DNA of 64,000 nucleotides from Octopus vulgaris (lineage: Eukaryota), in contig OX597819.1 in NCBI GenBank assembly GCA_951406725.2, positions 79,608,001-79,672,000 on the forward strand, in the 5' to 3' direction. The notes below the pieces were generated by a model. The model made no database searches and was not told the origin of the DNA. It was given only the letters and a program-made list of their open reading frames with translations. Positions 41,176 through 54,374 of the stretch are shown piece after piece. Position numbers and translations under genes: made by a program. Numbering within the stretch: the first letter of the stretch is position 1; every line of letters starts with the position of its first letter.

Positions 41176-42117
41176 GCATAATAGATAATCTTTATTTTGA
41201 ATCGTAGACCTTATCTAATTAACGCAACCACTCCATATGCTCCAGATTGACGGGAAGAGACGAAGTCTTGGAGGTCTGAGAGAAGTGCTAATAACTGCAT
41301 GTCGGAAACCCTAGACTATCGATGGCTATCATATCCTAATTAGGTGAGATAACGTCATTGAGAAAATATTTTTTCAGATACTCCACACGGCAGCTGCATT
41401 CAAACAGCCGATCATAAAATCTGTAAGTATTGCAATCACTGGGAAGACATCAAAAAGTGTAGATATCTACATAAATAATTTGTTTCCGTTCGATATTCCA
41501 AAGATAAATTAGAAGGTATTGTTTCTTATGACAACAGTAGCAACGCCAAATCATCTCCTAGAAAAAGCTCCGTTAGTCGAATCATCGATGTATTTCTGAA
41601 GTTGTTTCCAACAACAATCAGTTTTCAGTAGGAATTTTGCATTATGTCTTTCACGCCGTCTACCACCAGCGTCATATTATATATATGTTAATGTTTACTC
41701 TTTTCGTTTCTTTCTCTAGATTCACTTTATTCTTGACGTCAGTTAAAGAAGAGAGGAGCGTATTACATAATTGATTATGATGTAGGGAGTAAGTTTAAAA
41801 TATAATACTTGACAAGGGCGAGGACAAGGACTTTAGAATTCAACCATTATCAAGCTTATTTTACATATCCTTTCAGGGTGGTGCTTTTAGGCTATATACG
41901 GCTTGGGCCGAAACATATCTAAGTCAAATATATACGTGTGTGTGTAGTAAAGAATTTCGCTGACGAGATTTTTGCCACGTGGTGAGTTGAAGTCAAAAAT
42001 TATATAACAAAAGAAAGAAAATGCACACAGTTTATATATTTTTAATAAGTCTTATTATATAGAATATTACGATAGTCCACCGGTTTCGCGTTTTGTTAAT
42101 CATGACTTGGAAATTGG

Positions 42118-42393
42118 TGAAGGCGCGTGGCCCAATAGTTAGGCTGTTGCACTCACGATCGCTAGATTGTGAGTTCGGTTCCTTGACTGAGTGGTGTGTT
42201 GTATTCTTGAGCAAAAGACTTCATTTCGCGTTGGTCCACTTTCCCTTTCGATCAGGATGGCGGGTGGGGTGGGTAGATTTTTGGGCTGCTTGCCTGGCCA
42301 GCGGTGAGGCTTCACTTAAAAGCTAATACAATGCACATGTGCAATGTGACCAACGATGTGAAACAATATCTGATAGCCTGGATGGTCACGTGA
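42118..42393 (+). mobile_element. tRNA-derived SINE family E
   Basis: ggcgcgtggcccaatagttagg (box A-like), gagttcggttcc (box B-like), then ttcttgagcaaaagacttcatttc. Single copy in the window. Confidence 0.6.
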
Positions 42394-42802
42394 CACACAC
42401 ACACACATATATATATTCCTCTTACCAATATCAGTGTACATAACACTCTAAAGCATTTTTTGTAAGTTTTTCATATTTATCACATTTACACAGGCTAAGG
42501 AAAACCATTGATTTTTTTAAAAAACATCAATATATAATGGGTTATGCTCCCTACCTGCATTTTATCACAGGCATGCAATACGGAATATTTTGACAGCCAT
42601 TTAAAAGAGATTTTACATCTGACCGATATTATTGGTATATTGTTGTAGCTTTTCGCTTGATGATTATTGAAATCCAATTATAAACTTTGAATCATAATGT
42701 ATAATCACTGAAAGAACTTTTAAAAGAACTCCTTCGGCCAGTAAGGAAATATTTCGCTCCACCGTTTGTATTGAGAACTAGAGCTTGTTACTGGTATATG
42801 TG

Positions 42803-43189
42803 GGTGGAAGCACTCCGTCGGTTACGACGACGAGGGTTCCGGTTGATCCGAATCAACGGAACAGCCTGCTCGTGAAATTAACGTGTAAGTGGCTGAGCAC
42901 TCCACAGACACGTGTACCCTTAACGTAGTTCTCGGGGATATTCAGCGTGGAACAGAGAGTGACAAGGCCGGCCCTTTGAAATACAGGTACAACAGAAACA
43001 GGAAGTAAGAGTGAGAGAAAGTTGTGGTGAAAGAGTACAGTCGGGATCACCACCATCCCTGCCGGAGCCTCGTGGAGCTTTAGGTGTTTTCGCTCAATAA
43101 ACACTCACAACGCCCGGTCTGGGAATCGAAACCGCGATCCTATGACCACGAGTCCGCTGCCCTAACCACTGGGCCATTGCGCCTCCACT
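42803..43189 (-). mobile_element. Young tRNA-derived SINE family D with 12-bp TSD
   Basis: TSD ctggtatatgtg at 42791-42802 and 43190-43201; near-identical to 49972-50356. Confidence 0.92.
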
Positions 43190-44334
43190 CTGGTATATGT
43201 GTGCGCACAACCACAAGAAATATCCACACACACACACACACACACACGCTTTTGCATACATATGCAATGATATATCTGAAATGACGCTTACATACACTTC
43301 TAAATTCTGCTGAAACACACTTATAAATTCTGTCTTGCTCGCGGAAAATACTGTAAGCGCATGAACATAAATGCGTGTTTGTGCGTGTCGGTTTGTGTGC
43401 ATGTGTGATTAAGTCAGTCAGGTTTTGCGTAACATCAAAACCCAATACAAAGGAGAGAAGTCTCGTGTCGGCTTTGCTTCGTGCTCTACATCTCACCAAC
43501 TCCTGTTTGGGAATGAAAACCTGAGGTAACATGAGACCATTAAGCTGAAGGATTACAAATAAGATGATGAAATGCCAACTGAGTTTGGTGATATATGTTC
43601 GTTTGATGGGGGATTTAACGAGAACATTCCATGATTTTCTGTCGCATGTTCTGTATCATCTTCATTCATACAGACGACTTTAAACAAGTCTTTATCCGAT
43701 AAAAGCCAAACATATTACTTTATCTCATGAAATCCAGTCTTTTTAAAGATCAATAGTAAGGAAGCGATAGATACATAAGTCTCACTAAAAAGTCGTTGTT
43801 TTTAATTTTTCTTTTTTTTTCTTCTTGTCCTTTTGTTCTCGTAGTTTTTATTAGTTTATAACACGATTTTTATACCAATTGACCGATCGCCGTCTTATTT
43901 TTGCTTGTCTATATATCAGTCGTTATCGTTTATACGGTTAAAGAAAAAAAAGGACATACAAAGAAGCAAAGGAATAGAACAACATTAATGAAAGACAACG
44001 AAGATGCCACTGTACACTGTTGTATTGAGATGCTAAAAATAGCAGCTAATTCGCTTTCAGATCATCTTAAGAATGATAACATTATTGATTTAGTCCTAAG
44101 TTCCAACGTGTTTGAGTAAAAAAAAAATGAAAGAAAAGAAAAGAAAATATGGCATGGTCTCGGCTAGAAAGTCTTTGATCATTGGTCTATTCGATCTAAG
44201 TTCACTCAATGCTTAAACATCAACAAATTGACTGAACATATGTTTTTATGGTGATGAGAAAGAGCAAATTGAATTAATGACATTATAATTTAACTATATA
44301 TCATTTATTTAAACACAGTCTTTTCTTTTCTTCT

Positions 44335-44545
44335 CTAGGCATAAAGCCAGAAATCTTTTTTTTTTTTTGAGGAGTCAGTCAATTAGATCGACTCCAGTAC
44401 GCAACTGGTACTTAATTTATCGACCCCGAAAGGATGAAAGGCAAAGTCGACCTCGACGGAATTTGAACACGGTACCTAAAGACAAACGAAATATCGCTAA
44501 GCATTTCACCCAGTGTGCTAGCGTTTCAACCAGCTCACCGCCTTA
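44335..44545 (-). mobile_element. SINE family B
   Basis: ttatcgaccccgaaaggatgaaaggcaaagtcgacctcg. Confidence 0.85.
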
Positions 44546-44907
44546 TTTATTTAAACACATTGCCGGCAGATGGTACGTACATATTAATGACTTGTAGCGA
44601 CACCATATTTCGTTATGCAACTATAATACACTACAGAGTACATTCAACACTTCATAATTCAAAACGGTGTTCTTCTGTGTTAGCAGGGCTATTAAATCAC
44701 TTACTAAGGTTATCGCTAGCGGTTTTCTATTGAAATTATAGCCAGCACTGATTTCTTATGACGCTTCGTAACCGAATATACCTAATGTAAACATCAAAGA
44801 GCTCGAAGATGAAAAATGGGTAATGGTTGTATGTTCCATACACACCTATTACCCATGTTTCATCTTCGATGTCATCGTTGTTTATATTATTCATTTAACG
44901 TATTTAA

Positions 44908-45320
44908 GAAGGCGGTGTACTGGCAGAATCGTTACCGCACTGCTTAGCGGCATTTCGTCTGTCTTTACGTTCTTAGCTCAGATTCCGTAGGGATCGACCT
45001 TGCCTTTCATCCTTTCTTGGGTCGATAAAATAAGCACTACTTTGAGCATTGGGGTCGATAATTGACTTCCCCCTCCCCCGAGATTGCTGGTCTTGTACCA
45101 AAATTTTAAACCATTATTTATTTAATTATTTATTTTATTTATTTATTTATTTAAGGCAACGTTTCCCGGTTCTTCACATTCTGAGTTCAAATTCCACCGA
45201 GGTCGACTTTGCTCATCGTCCTTTTCAGGGTCTATAAGATATGTACCAGTTCAACACAGGGATTCATATAATCGATTTCTCTTCCCTTCAGAATTGCTGG
45301 CCTCGTAACAAAATTAGAAA
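44908..45320 (+). mobile_element. Two tandem SINE family B copies
   Basis: Core repeated at about 44990 and 45200. Confidence 0.75.
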
Positions 45321-45831
45321 GAAAAACTTATTTATCGAACACGTGTAAGCTGGTTAGGTGACAAACACAGATTCGATACCATAATGTATTACCTCAGGCA
45401 AATTCGTATCTCGAGACTACCAAACTCTTGTATGTACTTCACACTCAACTTATAGGTCACCAGAAAGCTACGATGGAAAATATCCGTACTGTCGCCTTTC
45501 CAATGATTCTGTAATGGGATTTAGTTACGTATCTTTACAGTGAATTTTAAATCCATCCAATTTAGGTATGTTCTTTTTCATTTCAAGGCCAAATAACGGT
45601 GTCTGGAAAAATGTCACATGTGTAGCTAGGTTTAAAAAAAATTACAAATTTATTTAAATACTATAAACAAGGCACAATAGTGACTGTTGGGTAAGTAGCT
45701 TGCTTACCAACTGCATGGTTCTGGGTTCAGTCCCTCTGCGTGACACCTTGTGTACGTGTCTTCTGTTATAGCTCGGGTCGACTAAAGCTTTGTGAGTGGA
45801 TTTGGTAGGAGCAAACTGAAAGAAGCCCGTC

Positions 45832-45917
<86 letters not shown>

Positions 45918-45919
<2 letters not shown>

Positions 45920-46531
45920 TCAAACCGCTAATAGTTGTAATTCTGAAATTGAAAGAGAAATAAAAACGTTTAGCCTTTCATCTCTGGACTATGCACAGTT
46001 TCGGCAAACTTTAGTAAACAAATTAATTAAATTAAATTAATTTATTTACAACTGGCGTGCCTCGTCAGCAGATGATGAATTTATGGCTAATTTTGAAATT
46101 AAATCAGCAGTTTATATTTGCTGCTGAGAAGACCGAGCGATTGCGGTAGATTTTGAAAATTTATAGCATATTGACTTGAGGCTTCCTTACCATCGCCTCG
46201 TGGATATATGTTCGTCCTTGGCTTCTCTGCTGACGAGGTACGCCAGTTGTAAATAAATTTATTTAATTTAATTAATTTGTTTACTAAAGTTTGCCGAAAC
46301 TATGCATAGTCCAGAGATGAAAGGGTAAACGTTTTTATTTCTCTTTCAATTTCAGAATTACAACTATTAGCGGTTTGAGTTTGGCTGCTCTTTCTAGTGA
46401 GTCGAATGTCCTATTATGGCCATTCCTTATATTGTTGAATGTATATTATATAGTCTTTGACCATCTTTCCTTTCTCACTGGACCGCTGGTAGCGGAGAAT
46501 TTTTTCTAGAATTTTTTGCTACCCTTATATT

Positions 46532-46535
<4 letters not shown>
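45918..46535. mobile_element. Penelope-like element terminus with 155-bp inverted repeat
   Basis: Arms 45918-46072 and 46226-46380 differ at about 4 positions by eye; each arm carries a hammerhead core; flanked by (TA)n. Confidence 0.8.
46224..46317 (+). ncRNA. Type I hammerhead ribozyme, canonical core
   Basis: tctctg CTGACGA ggta..tgcc GAAA ctatgcata GTC cagaga. Stem I is 6 bp, stem III is the palindrome actatgcatagt, and cleavage is predicted after 46311. Confidence 0.8.
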
Positions 46536-46568
<33 letters not shown>

Positions 46569-46830
46569 AGTATGTATATATATATTTATATATGTTTGTG
46601 TGTCTGTGTTCGTCCCTCTACCATCGCTTGACAACCGATGATAGTGTGTTTACCACTCCGTAACGTAGCGGTTCGGCGAAAGAGACCGATAGAATAAGTA
46701 CTAGGCTTACAAAAAATAAGTTCTGGGGTCGATTTATTCGACTAAATCGGTGCTCCAGCATAGCCGCAGTCAAATGACTGAAACAAATAAAAGAGTAAAA
46801 GAGTAATGGAATTGATATAACAAAATACAT

Positions 46831-46990
46831 AAGGCGGCGAGCTAGCAAAATCGTTAACACACCGGGCAAAATGCCTTTCATCCTTTGGGGATCGATAAAA
46901 TAAGTACCAGTTGAGTACTGGGGTCGATGTAATCGATTTATCACTTTATCCTGAGACTGCTGGCCTTGTGTCAATATTTGAAACTAATAT
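46831..46990 (+). mobile_element. SINE family B with internal deletion
   Basis: aaggcggcgagctagcaaaatcg..gcctttcatcc. Confidence 0.8.
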
Positions 46991-47115
46991 AACAAAATAT
47001 AATTTTAATCAGTTATTAACTGACAGCATATGATTTGTACACAGTTTGTATATGAGAGCATTAAATATACGTGAATAAAATAAACAACCTTTTATTCAAT
47101 TTCTTCTTAATTTTT

Positions 47116-47356
47116 GCAGCGTGGAAGGTGTTTATAAGCTATTGAAGAAACACAGAAAACCGTTAGATTCACTTCAACATTTAAATTTAATTTGTCAAAA
47201 TATTTTCGTCGCTTTGAGACCGCGACCTGTTTACAGTGATTCTAACGGTTTTGTGTGTTTCTTAAAAGGCTTATAAACACCTTCCACGCTGCAATTGTTT
47301 TCGTTCCAGCACACGATCTCAGATCAAGTCACTCGCTATGCAAGTACATCTCCGTA
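47116..47356. repeat. Approximately 57-bp-arm inverted repeat element
   Basis: gcagcgtggaaggtgtttataagc..aaaccgttaga versus tctaacggtttt..gcttataaacaccttccacgctgc. Confidence 0.7.
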
Positions 47357-48049
47357 ATTCTTAATTTTTATTTTCTGTTTATACCAAAATACAGGTAAAT
47401 AACTTATATTAAATAAATTTTTAAAGAGTTCAACATTTAATGTGCTTCATTTTTGACATGGATCAATAAAAATTTTGCTAACACTAGGTAAAAAAAAATG
47501 TCAGTCTACTTACATCACTGAGATTTACGAGAGCCATCCTCTATGACTTGTGTGTTAACGCTGAGTCGAATCATGTAGCCATGGTTATATATGCGTTTTA
47601 GAGGTTTCCAATGGACTGATAACTGTGACTCGACTTACTTATAATTTATATTTCTTTTGCAATTTATGCTGAAAAATGTTCAAATACATTGGAGAAATTT
47701 ACTGAAGGGGTTAAGAAGACGACAAATCAAAATATTAAAAAGCGATACGAGAACAACTAATTAGTACGTAATAAGTTCTCTGACCTAAGTTGTTATTGGC
47801 ATTGCTGAAGTTGATGTTATTTCAGCTATTTAGACCCATGTAGGACATGATCAAGAAGATCCACGAGTAAAGACATTCTATCTCTTTTCAACCTATTTGT
47901 CTTGGACTACATTTCTCAATATGCAATCCCGAATTTGCTTTCAAGAACGATAGGGTGATATTTGTGAGAGATTAAGCTGTTATTTCTAGCAAGTCAAGCG
48001 CTCACGTAGAACTTTCCATATTGGCTTGGAGACTATGACTTCCCGACAT

Positions 48050-48640
48050 AGGCGCAGGTGCGGCTGTGTAGTAAAAAAGCTTACATCCCGACCACGCGGT
48101 ACTGGGTTCAATCCCACTGAGTGACACCTTGGATAAGTGTCTTGTATTATAACCCTGGGCCAACCAACGCCATGTGAGTGGATCTGGTAGACGGAAACTC
48201 AAAGAGTCTATCTTCTATATACATGCTATACATGCTATACATACCTATATGCACACAAATATACATATAAATGTATATATGTATATATGTATACATATAT
48301 ATAAATTAAATTAGAGATAAAACCACTATTAGGGAAAATCAAACAGTGAAAAACATAAACCAAAACATAATAATAGATATAATTAATATATATACAAAAT
48401 ATATAAAATATAAAATTCAAAATTTAAATTATTCAAATTTAAAATTTTTAATTTATATTTATAAATTTTTATTTTTTATACGTCCCCGGAAGTTAGCGGT
48501 TCGGCAAAAAGGAATAGATAGAATAAGTACCAGGCTTAAGAAAATTGGTACTGAAGTCGATTTGTTCGACTACACCCTTCAAGACAGAGCCCCACCATGC
48601 AAACAGTCCGATGGGTAATAATCGTAAAAGGCAAAAGAGT
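48050..48640 (+). mobile_element. SINE family A split by an AT-rich insertion
   Basis: Head 48050-48205, insert at about 48300-48478, tail 48478-48640. Confidence 0.7.
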
Positions 48641-49027
48641 AAATGGAACAAAGAGAATTGAACCGAATTTACAAAACCCGTCACCCGCTAAAACTTAACC
48701 CCCTGCTCGATAATTCCCACGTAACATTAAAAAAAATATATAATAAAATGAAAACTAGAGAGATATATCATCATAAAACTATATAAAGGAGAAAAGAAAA
48801 TGGCGGGGAAAGAAATCTGTAATGAGATCACTGGCGCCACCTGTATTCTACCCAGGAAGTCTTACGAATAGATTTATTTGCCCAACCAAAAGGTAGCTAC
48901 ACCTTACGATTTAACAATCCCCGTTCCATTCTCATAAATCTTCTTTGCAAACCGCATTGTACAAGATAATTAAATAATTAAACTGCAGACACTGGTTTAG
49001 ATTAAGAAAATATAAAGAACTAAAGGA

Positions 49028-49105
<78 letters not shown>

Positions 49106-49120
49106 ACGTACCTATCTATC

Positions 49121-49169
<49 letters not shown>

Positions 49170-49438
49170 TTATGTTCGTATACATACATATATATCATAC
49201 ATGTATGTATATAAAATATATACGTGTGTGTGTATATATATATGCATATCATATGTATATATATATATATGTATATATATATGTATGTGATATGTATTTG
49301 TATATATATATATATATATATATGCACATACATGTATACATGATTTATATGTTTGCGTATGTATGTGTGTTTATGCCTATATACCCACATTCCAACACAC
49401 ATTGGTGCGTGTGTATGCACATGAATGCGCACAAAGTT

Positions 49439-49471
<33 letters not shown>

Positions 49472-49971
49472 CATATATATAATTTCACGTGCGTGAATTT
49501 ATTTATTGTTACTCCCACAAAGATACAACAAAATGGGTACCAGTATTTGAATTGATAAAATAACATTGTTATAATTAGATTTGGAAGAATAATGATACAA
49601 AACAAGTACAATTAAAAAAAAAATTTACTCTGAAATACAACGTAAAATTAAAGGTACTTTAAATTCGCCATTCGAATCTAATACAGTATAAAATAACTCC
49701 CTACACTTGATAATCTGGGACGAAATACGTCTACCTGATAATAATAAGCGTTTGTAACATATGCACAAACTCCAAAATATCGGAGAAATGCGGTTAAGCA
49801 ATTAAATCAAATCCAGTACTTGACTGATAGTTTTTTATAGTCTCTGGAGGATTAAGAGCTAAAGTTGACCACAGATGGATTTTGAACTCCAAAAGCAATA
49901 CAAGATATTTTGTGTGATGCCCTATCGATTCTACTAGTCCATACTATTAGGATGGCAGATACATGGATATT

Positions 49972-50356
49972 GTGGAGGCGCAATGGCCCAGTGGTTAGGG
50001 CAGCGGACTTGCGGTCATATGATCGCGGTTTCGATTCCCAGACCGGGCGTTGTGAGTGTTTATTGAGCGAAAACACCTAAAAGCTCCACGAGGCTCCGGC
50101 AGGGGATGGTGGTGATCCCTGCTGTACTCTTTCACCACAACTTTCTCTCACTCTTACTTCCTGTTTCTGTTGTACCTGTATTTCAAGGGGCCGGCCTTGT
50201 CACTCTCTGTGTCACGCTGAATATCCCCGAGAACTACGTTAAGGGTGCACGTGTCTGTAGAGTGCTCAGCCACTTACACGTTAATTTCACGAGCAGGCTG
50301 TTCCGTTGATTCGGATCAACCGGAACCCTCATCGTCGTAACTGACGGAGTGCTTCC
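49972..50356 (+). mobile_element. Young tRNA-derived SINE family D with 11-bp TSD
   Basis: TSD acatggatatt at 49961-49971 and 50357-50367; box A tggcccagtggttagg and box B ggtttcgattccc. Confidence 0.92.
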
Positions 50357-51653
50357 ACATGGATATTACGAGCAAATTCCAAAAATTGCTTGGGTCTTTG
50401 TAGAATAGATGATGAAGCAAAAGTGTGCAAGAAATATTAACCCTCTTGGGACACCCAGACCGATTGATCGGCCCAAGTTATACAAGCTGAAAGGAGGCTG
50501 ATCCATCGGCATGATGGAACAAATATCGTAAATGGTTGGTTTTGAAGTGTAATAGTTAATCAGAGATCGTCTTGTAGTAAATGTATCTCAATATAAAAAA
50601 AAATATGGTCTTTTTGGCTACACATATCAAAACACCGTGTGTCTCAAATCAGATGTCAGTGAGAAGACATTTTTCTTGAGCCAATAAAGGAAATACAAAG
50701 ATCTGGATCAGGAGAGATGAACCCTGGAAGGGCATTTGGCAACTGGACACAAAGTGGATCTTTATCAATCATTGCTGGGACGCCTCAATGGGGGTACTTG
50801 ATTGTTAAAACGGCTGAAACTTCCACTGACATCATGAAACATTACTGGCTATTTATCCAGGGACATCGCAAGAACAAGCATGCAAAAGTGACCTTCGTTT
50901 TATTTATTTATTTTTTAGTGTTTTCCTTTCTACCATAATCCACTCACATTCATTGTCTTGACGCAATGATAGAGGAGTGGTTGGTGTAGATCCGATGCAG
51001 TGCAATCAAAATCAGAACTACGGGGTTGCAAAGAGAACATTTTAAAACAACAAAAAAAAACAACAAAAAAAAACATTGGGTCACACCTACACCAGTCCGC
51101 GATCATGACAACCACGTAGATTGCGTTTAGTGGCAAATTCTATCAGGTGATGCAGAGAGGTGAATTTTAACGTTTAAGATGTTAGAGCTGGTTGTTTGTC
51201 GAAGAAGTAATATGGAGGAAATATACACATAAACACATCGATAAAGAAAAAAAAAAAAAAAACGAATGACGGAAAAAATAAAAAACGTGATAAGAAAAGC
51301 AGAAAAAGTTAAAAAAGTAAAAACAAAATGTATAAGTAACAAAAAGAGAAATGAATGGTGGAACTAAATGGATGATAAATTAATAGAGTTGGCACTTTGT
51401 AAATCAGTTTTTTGCTTTGTTGATTTAAGAATTAGAATCACTCTTGTAGCATTATTAGATTTTGGGGGAGGGAGATAACATATGTAATTGTAGAATTACA
51501 GTTTGTAGGAGGACAAAGAAGAGGGAGAGAGAGAGAGAGAGAGAGAAGGAGAGAGAGAGAGAGAAGGAGGAAAAGGGTAGTAGGAAGAGGAGCTCTGCTG
51601 AAGCTACTATAAATAACGAAATAATAACGAAAATAAAAATGATAATAACAATA

Positions 51654-51800
<147 letters not shown>

Positions 51801-51959
51801 GGATGATGATGATAAAAAGAATGATAAAACTGATAAAATAAAGCGGAAAGCAAATTTAGACATCGTTTACAAGAAGACTTGAAATATTGGCTTCTGTTCT
51901 GTAAATTAAACTCACACGTGGAGTACACATATACTGCATATTGAGGACGTGTGGGTGTG

Positions 51960-52006
<47 letters not shown>

Positions 52007-52007
52007 A

Positions 52008-52146
<139 letters not shown>

Positions 52147-52394
52147 ATATAAAACACAAGCCCGTATACATTACATGCAAAAATATTATGTAGCTAGCTA
52201 TCTATATGCATATTTGTATGTAGGTATGTATCTATGTATGCATGTATTTGTATGGTTAAGAAGTTCAATTCGCAACTACACAGTTTCGGTTTCAGCCCCA
52301 ACGCTTTTACATGGATCGATGTGTTCGACTAAAGGCGGTGCTCCAGCATGGCCGTAGCCAAATGACTGAAACAAGTAAAAGACTAAAAGAAGGA

Positions 52395-53152
52395 AGTATC
52401 TGTAGAACTCGATGAGGAGGTCTTGCAAACCCTTGTGGAACTTAAATCCCATCGTAATTGTTGAACTGGCAGAGAAGCTTCGATGTGGTCATTCAGCCAT
52501 TTATCTACACCTGCGTGCCATCAGAAACGTCAGAAAAGGGCCAATGGGCTCCTCACAAAATTTCCGAGTGTAATCACGCGCAGAGAGTGAATTGTTGCTC
52601 TTCTTTGCTGTCACGTCTCACGAATGAACCTTTTTTGGACCCAATAGTGACTGGAGACGAGAAATGGGTTCTCTATAAAAATATCAAGCGCCGAAGACAG
52701 TGGGTAGGGAAAGGAGAAACACCGGTACCACAGGCTTAAAGAAGTTCTTCACCCACGTAAGGTGTTGTTACCTGTTTGGTGGGGTATTAAAAGTTTAGTC
52801 CCCTTTGAACTTTTAAACCCAAACCAAACGATAACAAAGGAGATCTACTGCGAGCAGCTTGAGTGACTTAAGTCAGCGCTAGAAGAAAAACTACCATATT
52901 TGGTTTCAAGACGAAAGGTGCTCTTCCATCAGGATAACGCTCGACCACATGCACTGAGATGATTCTCCAAAGGTCGGAGCACTTTGAATGGGAAACGATG
53001 CCCCATCCACCATATTCACCGGACATTGCTCCATCCGATTATAATTTATTCCGCAGTCTTGGGATAGTAAAATATGAATTCTGTAGACGAGGTTAGAACA
53101 ATACTAAAGGAGTATTTTTCGTCGCGGACAAGTGAATTTTGGATGGTTCAAT
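52395..53152 (+). pseudogene. Mariner DD34D transposase pseudogene
   Basis: WAPH, IVTGDEKWVLY, LHPRKVLL.VWW, FHQDNARPH and HPPYSPDIAPSDY.LFRSL, with frameshifts. Confidence 0.92.
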
Positions 53153-53157
53153 ATATA

Positions 53158-53256
<99 letters not shown>

Positions 53257-53356
53257 GTATGTATGCATATATATATGTTTTCTATGTTTGTATAAACATA
53301 ATATATACATATATATACATATAAATACATACATATATGTATATATATATTGTATA

Positions 53357-53610
53357 TAGGTGGGGTGTTCATAGAAGATTTTCTTTGACCCACTTCTCAA
53401 GGACTGGAATAAACTAAACTTGCCATAATTATTAGTGCTTCTCTACATAGCTTCCACAATGGTGACACACATCTCCCATCGCTTTATGAAACTGTGAAGA
53501 CCTCGTCTGTAGAAATCGGTAGGTTGCGTCTCGGAAAGAAGTTCATCATTCGAAAAGGGCTTCCCCTTTCTGATAGTACATCCAAACGACTTTAACACCC
53601 TGACCGTAGA
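53357..53610 (-). mobile_element. 3' end of another mariner-like element
   Basis: Minus strand QPTDFYRRGLHSFIKRWEMCV..SYVEK*, the mariner C-terminal motif, ending at a TA run. Confidence 0.65.
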
Positions 53611-53749
53611 GACAAGATATTTGTATGTCTATATGTGTATATGTATGAATTGCATGTATATATTTCTTAGTGTGTGCATTTATATATTTTTAACAAAAAA
53701 TATGTATATATGTATGTGTGTAAATGTAGGTATGTATATATTGGTATTA

Positions 53750-53846
<97 letters not shown>

Positions 53847-54120
53847 CTATGTAGGCTATACTTCCCCCACTGCCAGTATATGGAATATGAGTGTATCTGA
53901 ATATATACATGAATATAAGTCCAGTACTTATGAGAGTATATATACAAAGTGGCAAATACACTTGTACAATTTCTATATAGAATGATTTAAAACATGTACA
54001 ATATATTCTTAACCGACAAATATATTGCTGGAAGAAAATATTTTACCATAATTTTTTTCAGTATGAGCGTATGTATGTTTTTACTGTTTGTGCGTATGAG
54101 TGTATGTATATATATATTTG

Positions 54121-54159
<39 letters not shown>

Positions 54160-54328
54160 GCATGCATGTATGTAAATGTGTCTATATGTATGGATGTGTC
54201 TTTATGCATTCATGTATTTAAGTATGTAAGTACTTAATATGCAAGTATGTATTTGTAAATGTATGTAAGTATGTAAATGTATATACGTGTATGTATGTAG
54301 GTATTTATAAGTATATATATATATATAT

Positions 54329-54374
<46 letters not shown>

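Larger units (their letters stand above)
45668..46805 (+). mobile_element. SINE family A split by an insertion into its internal (TA)n
   Basis: Head at about 45668-45835 and tail at about 46595-46805. Confidence 0.8.

Noticed and set aside
41805-41930. Possible hammerhead remnant (ttgacaa..ggccgaaacatat)
   Set aside because: The core is too degenerate and the stems are not convincing.
49972-50045. Possible tRNA gene, and likewise the other SINE heads
   Set aside because: No proper acceptor stem; it continues into the SINE body and is bounded by a TSD.
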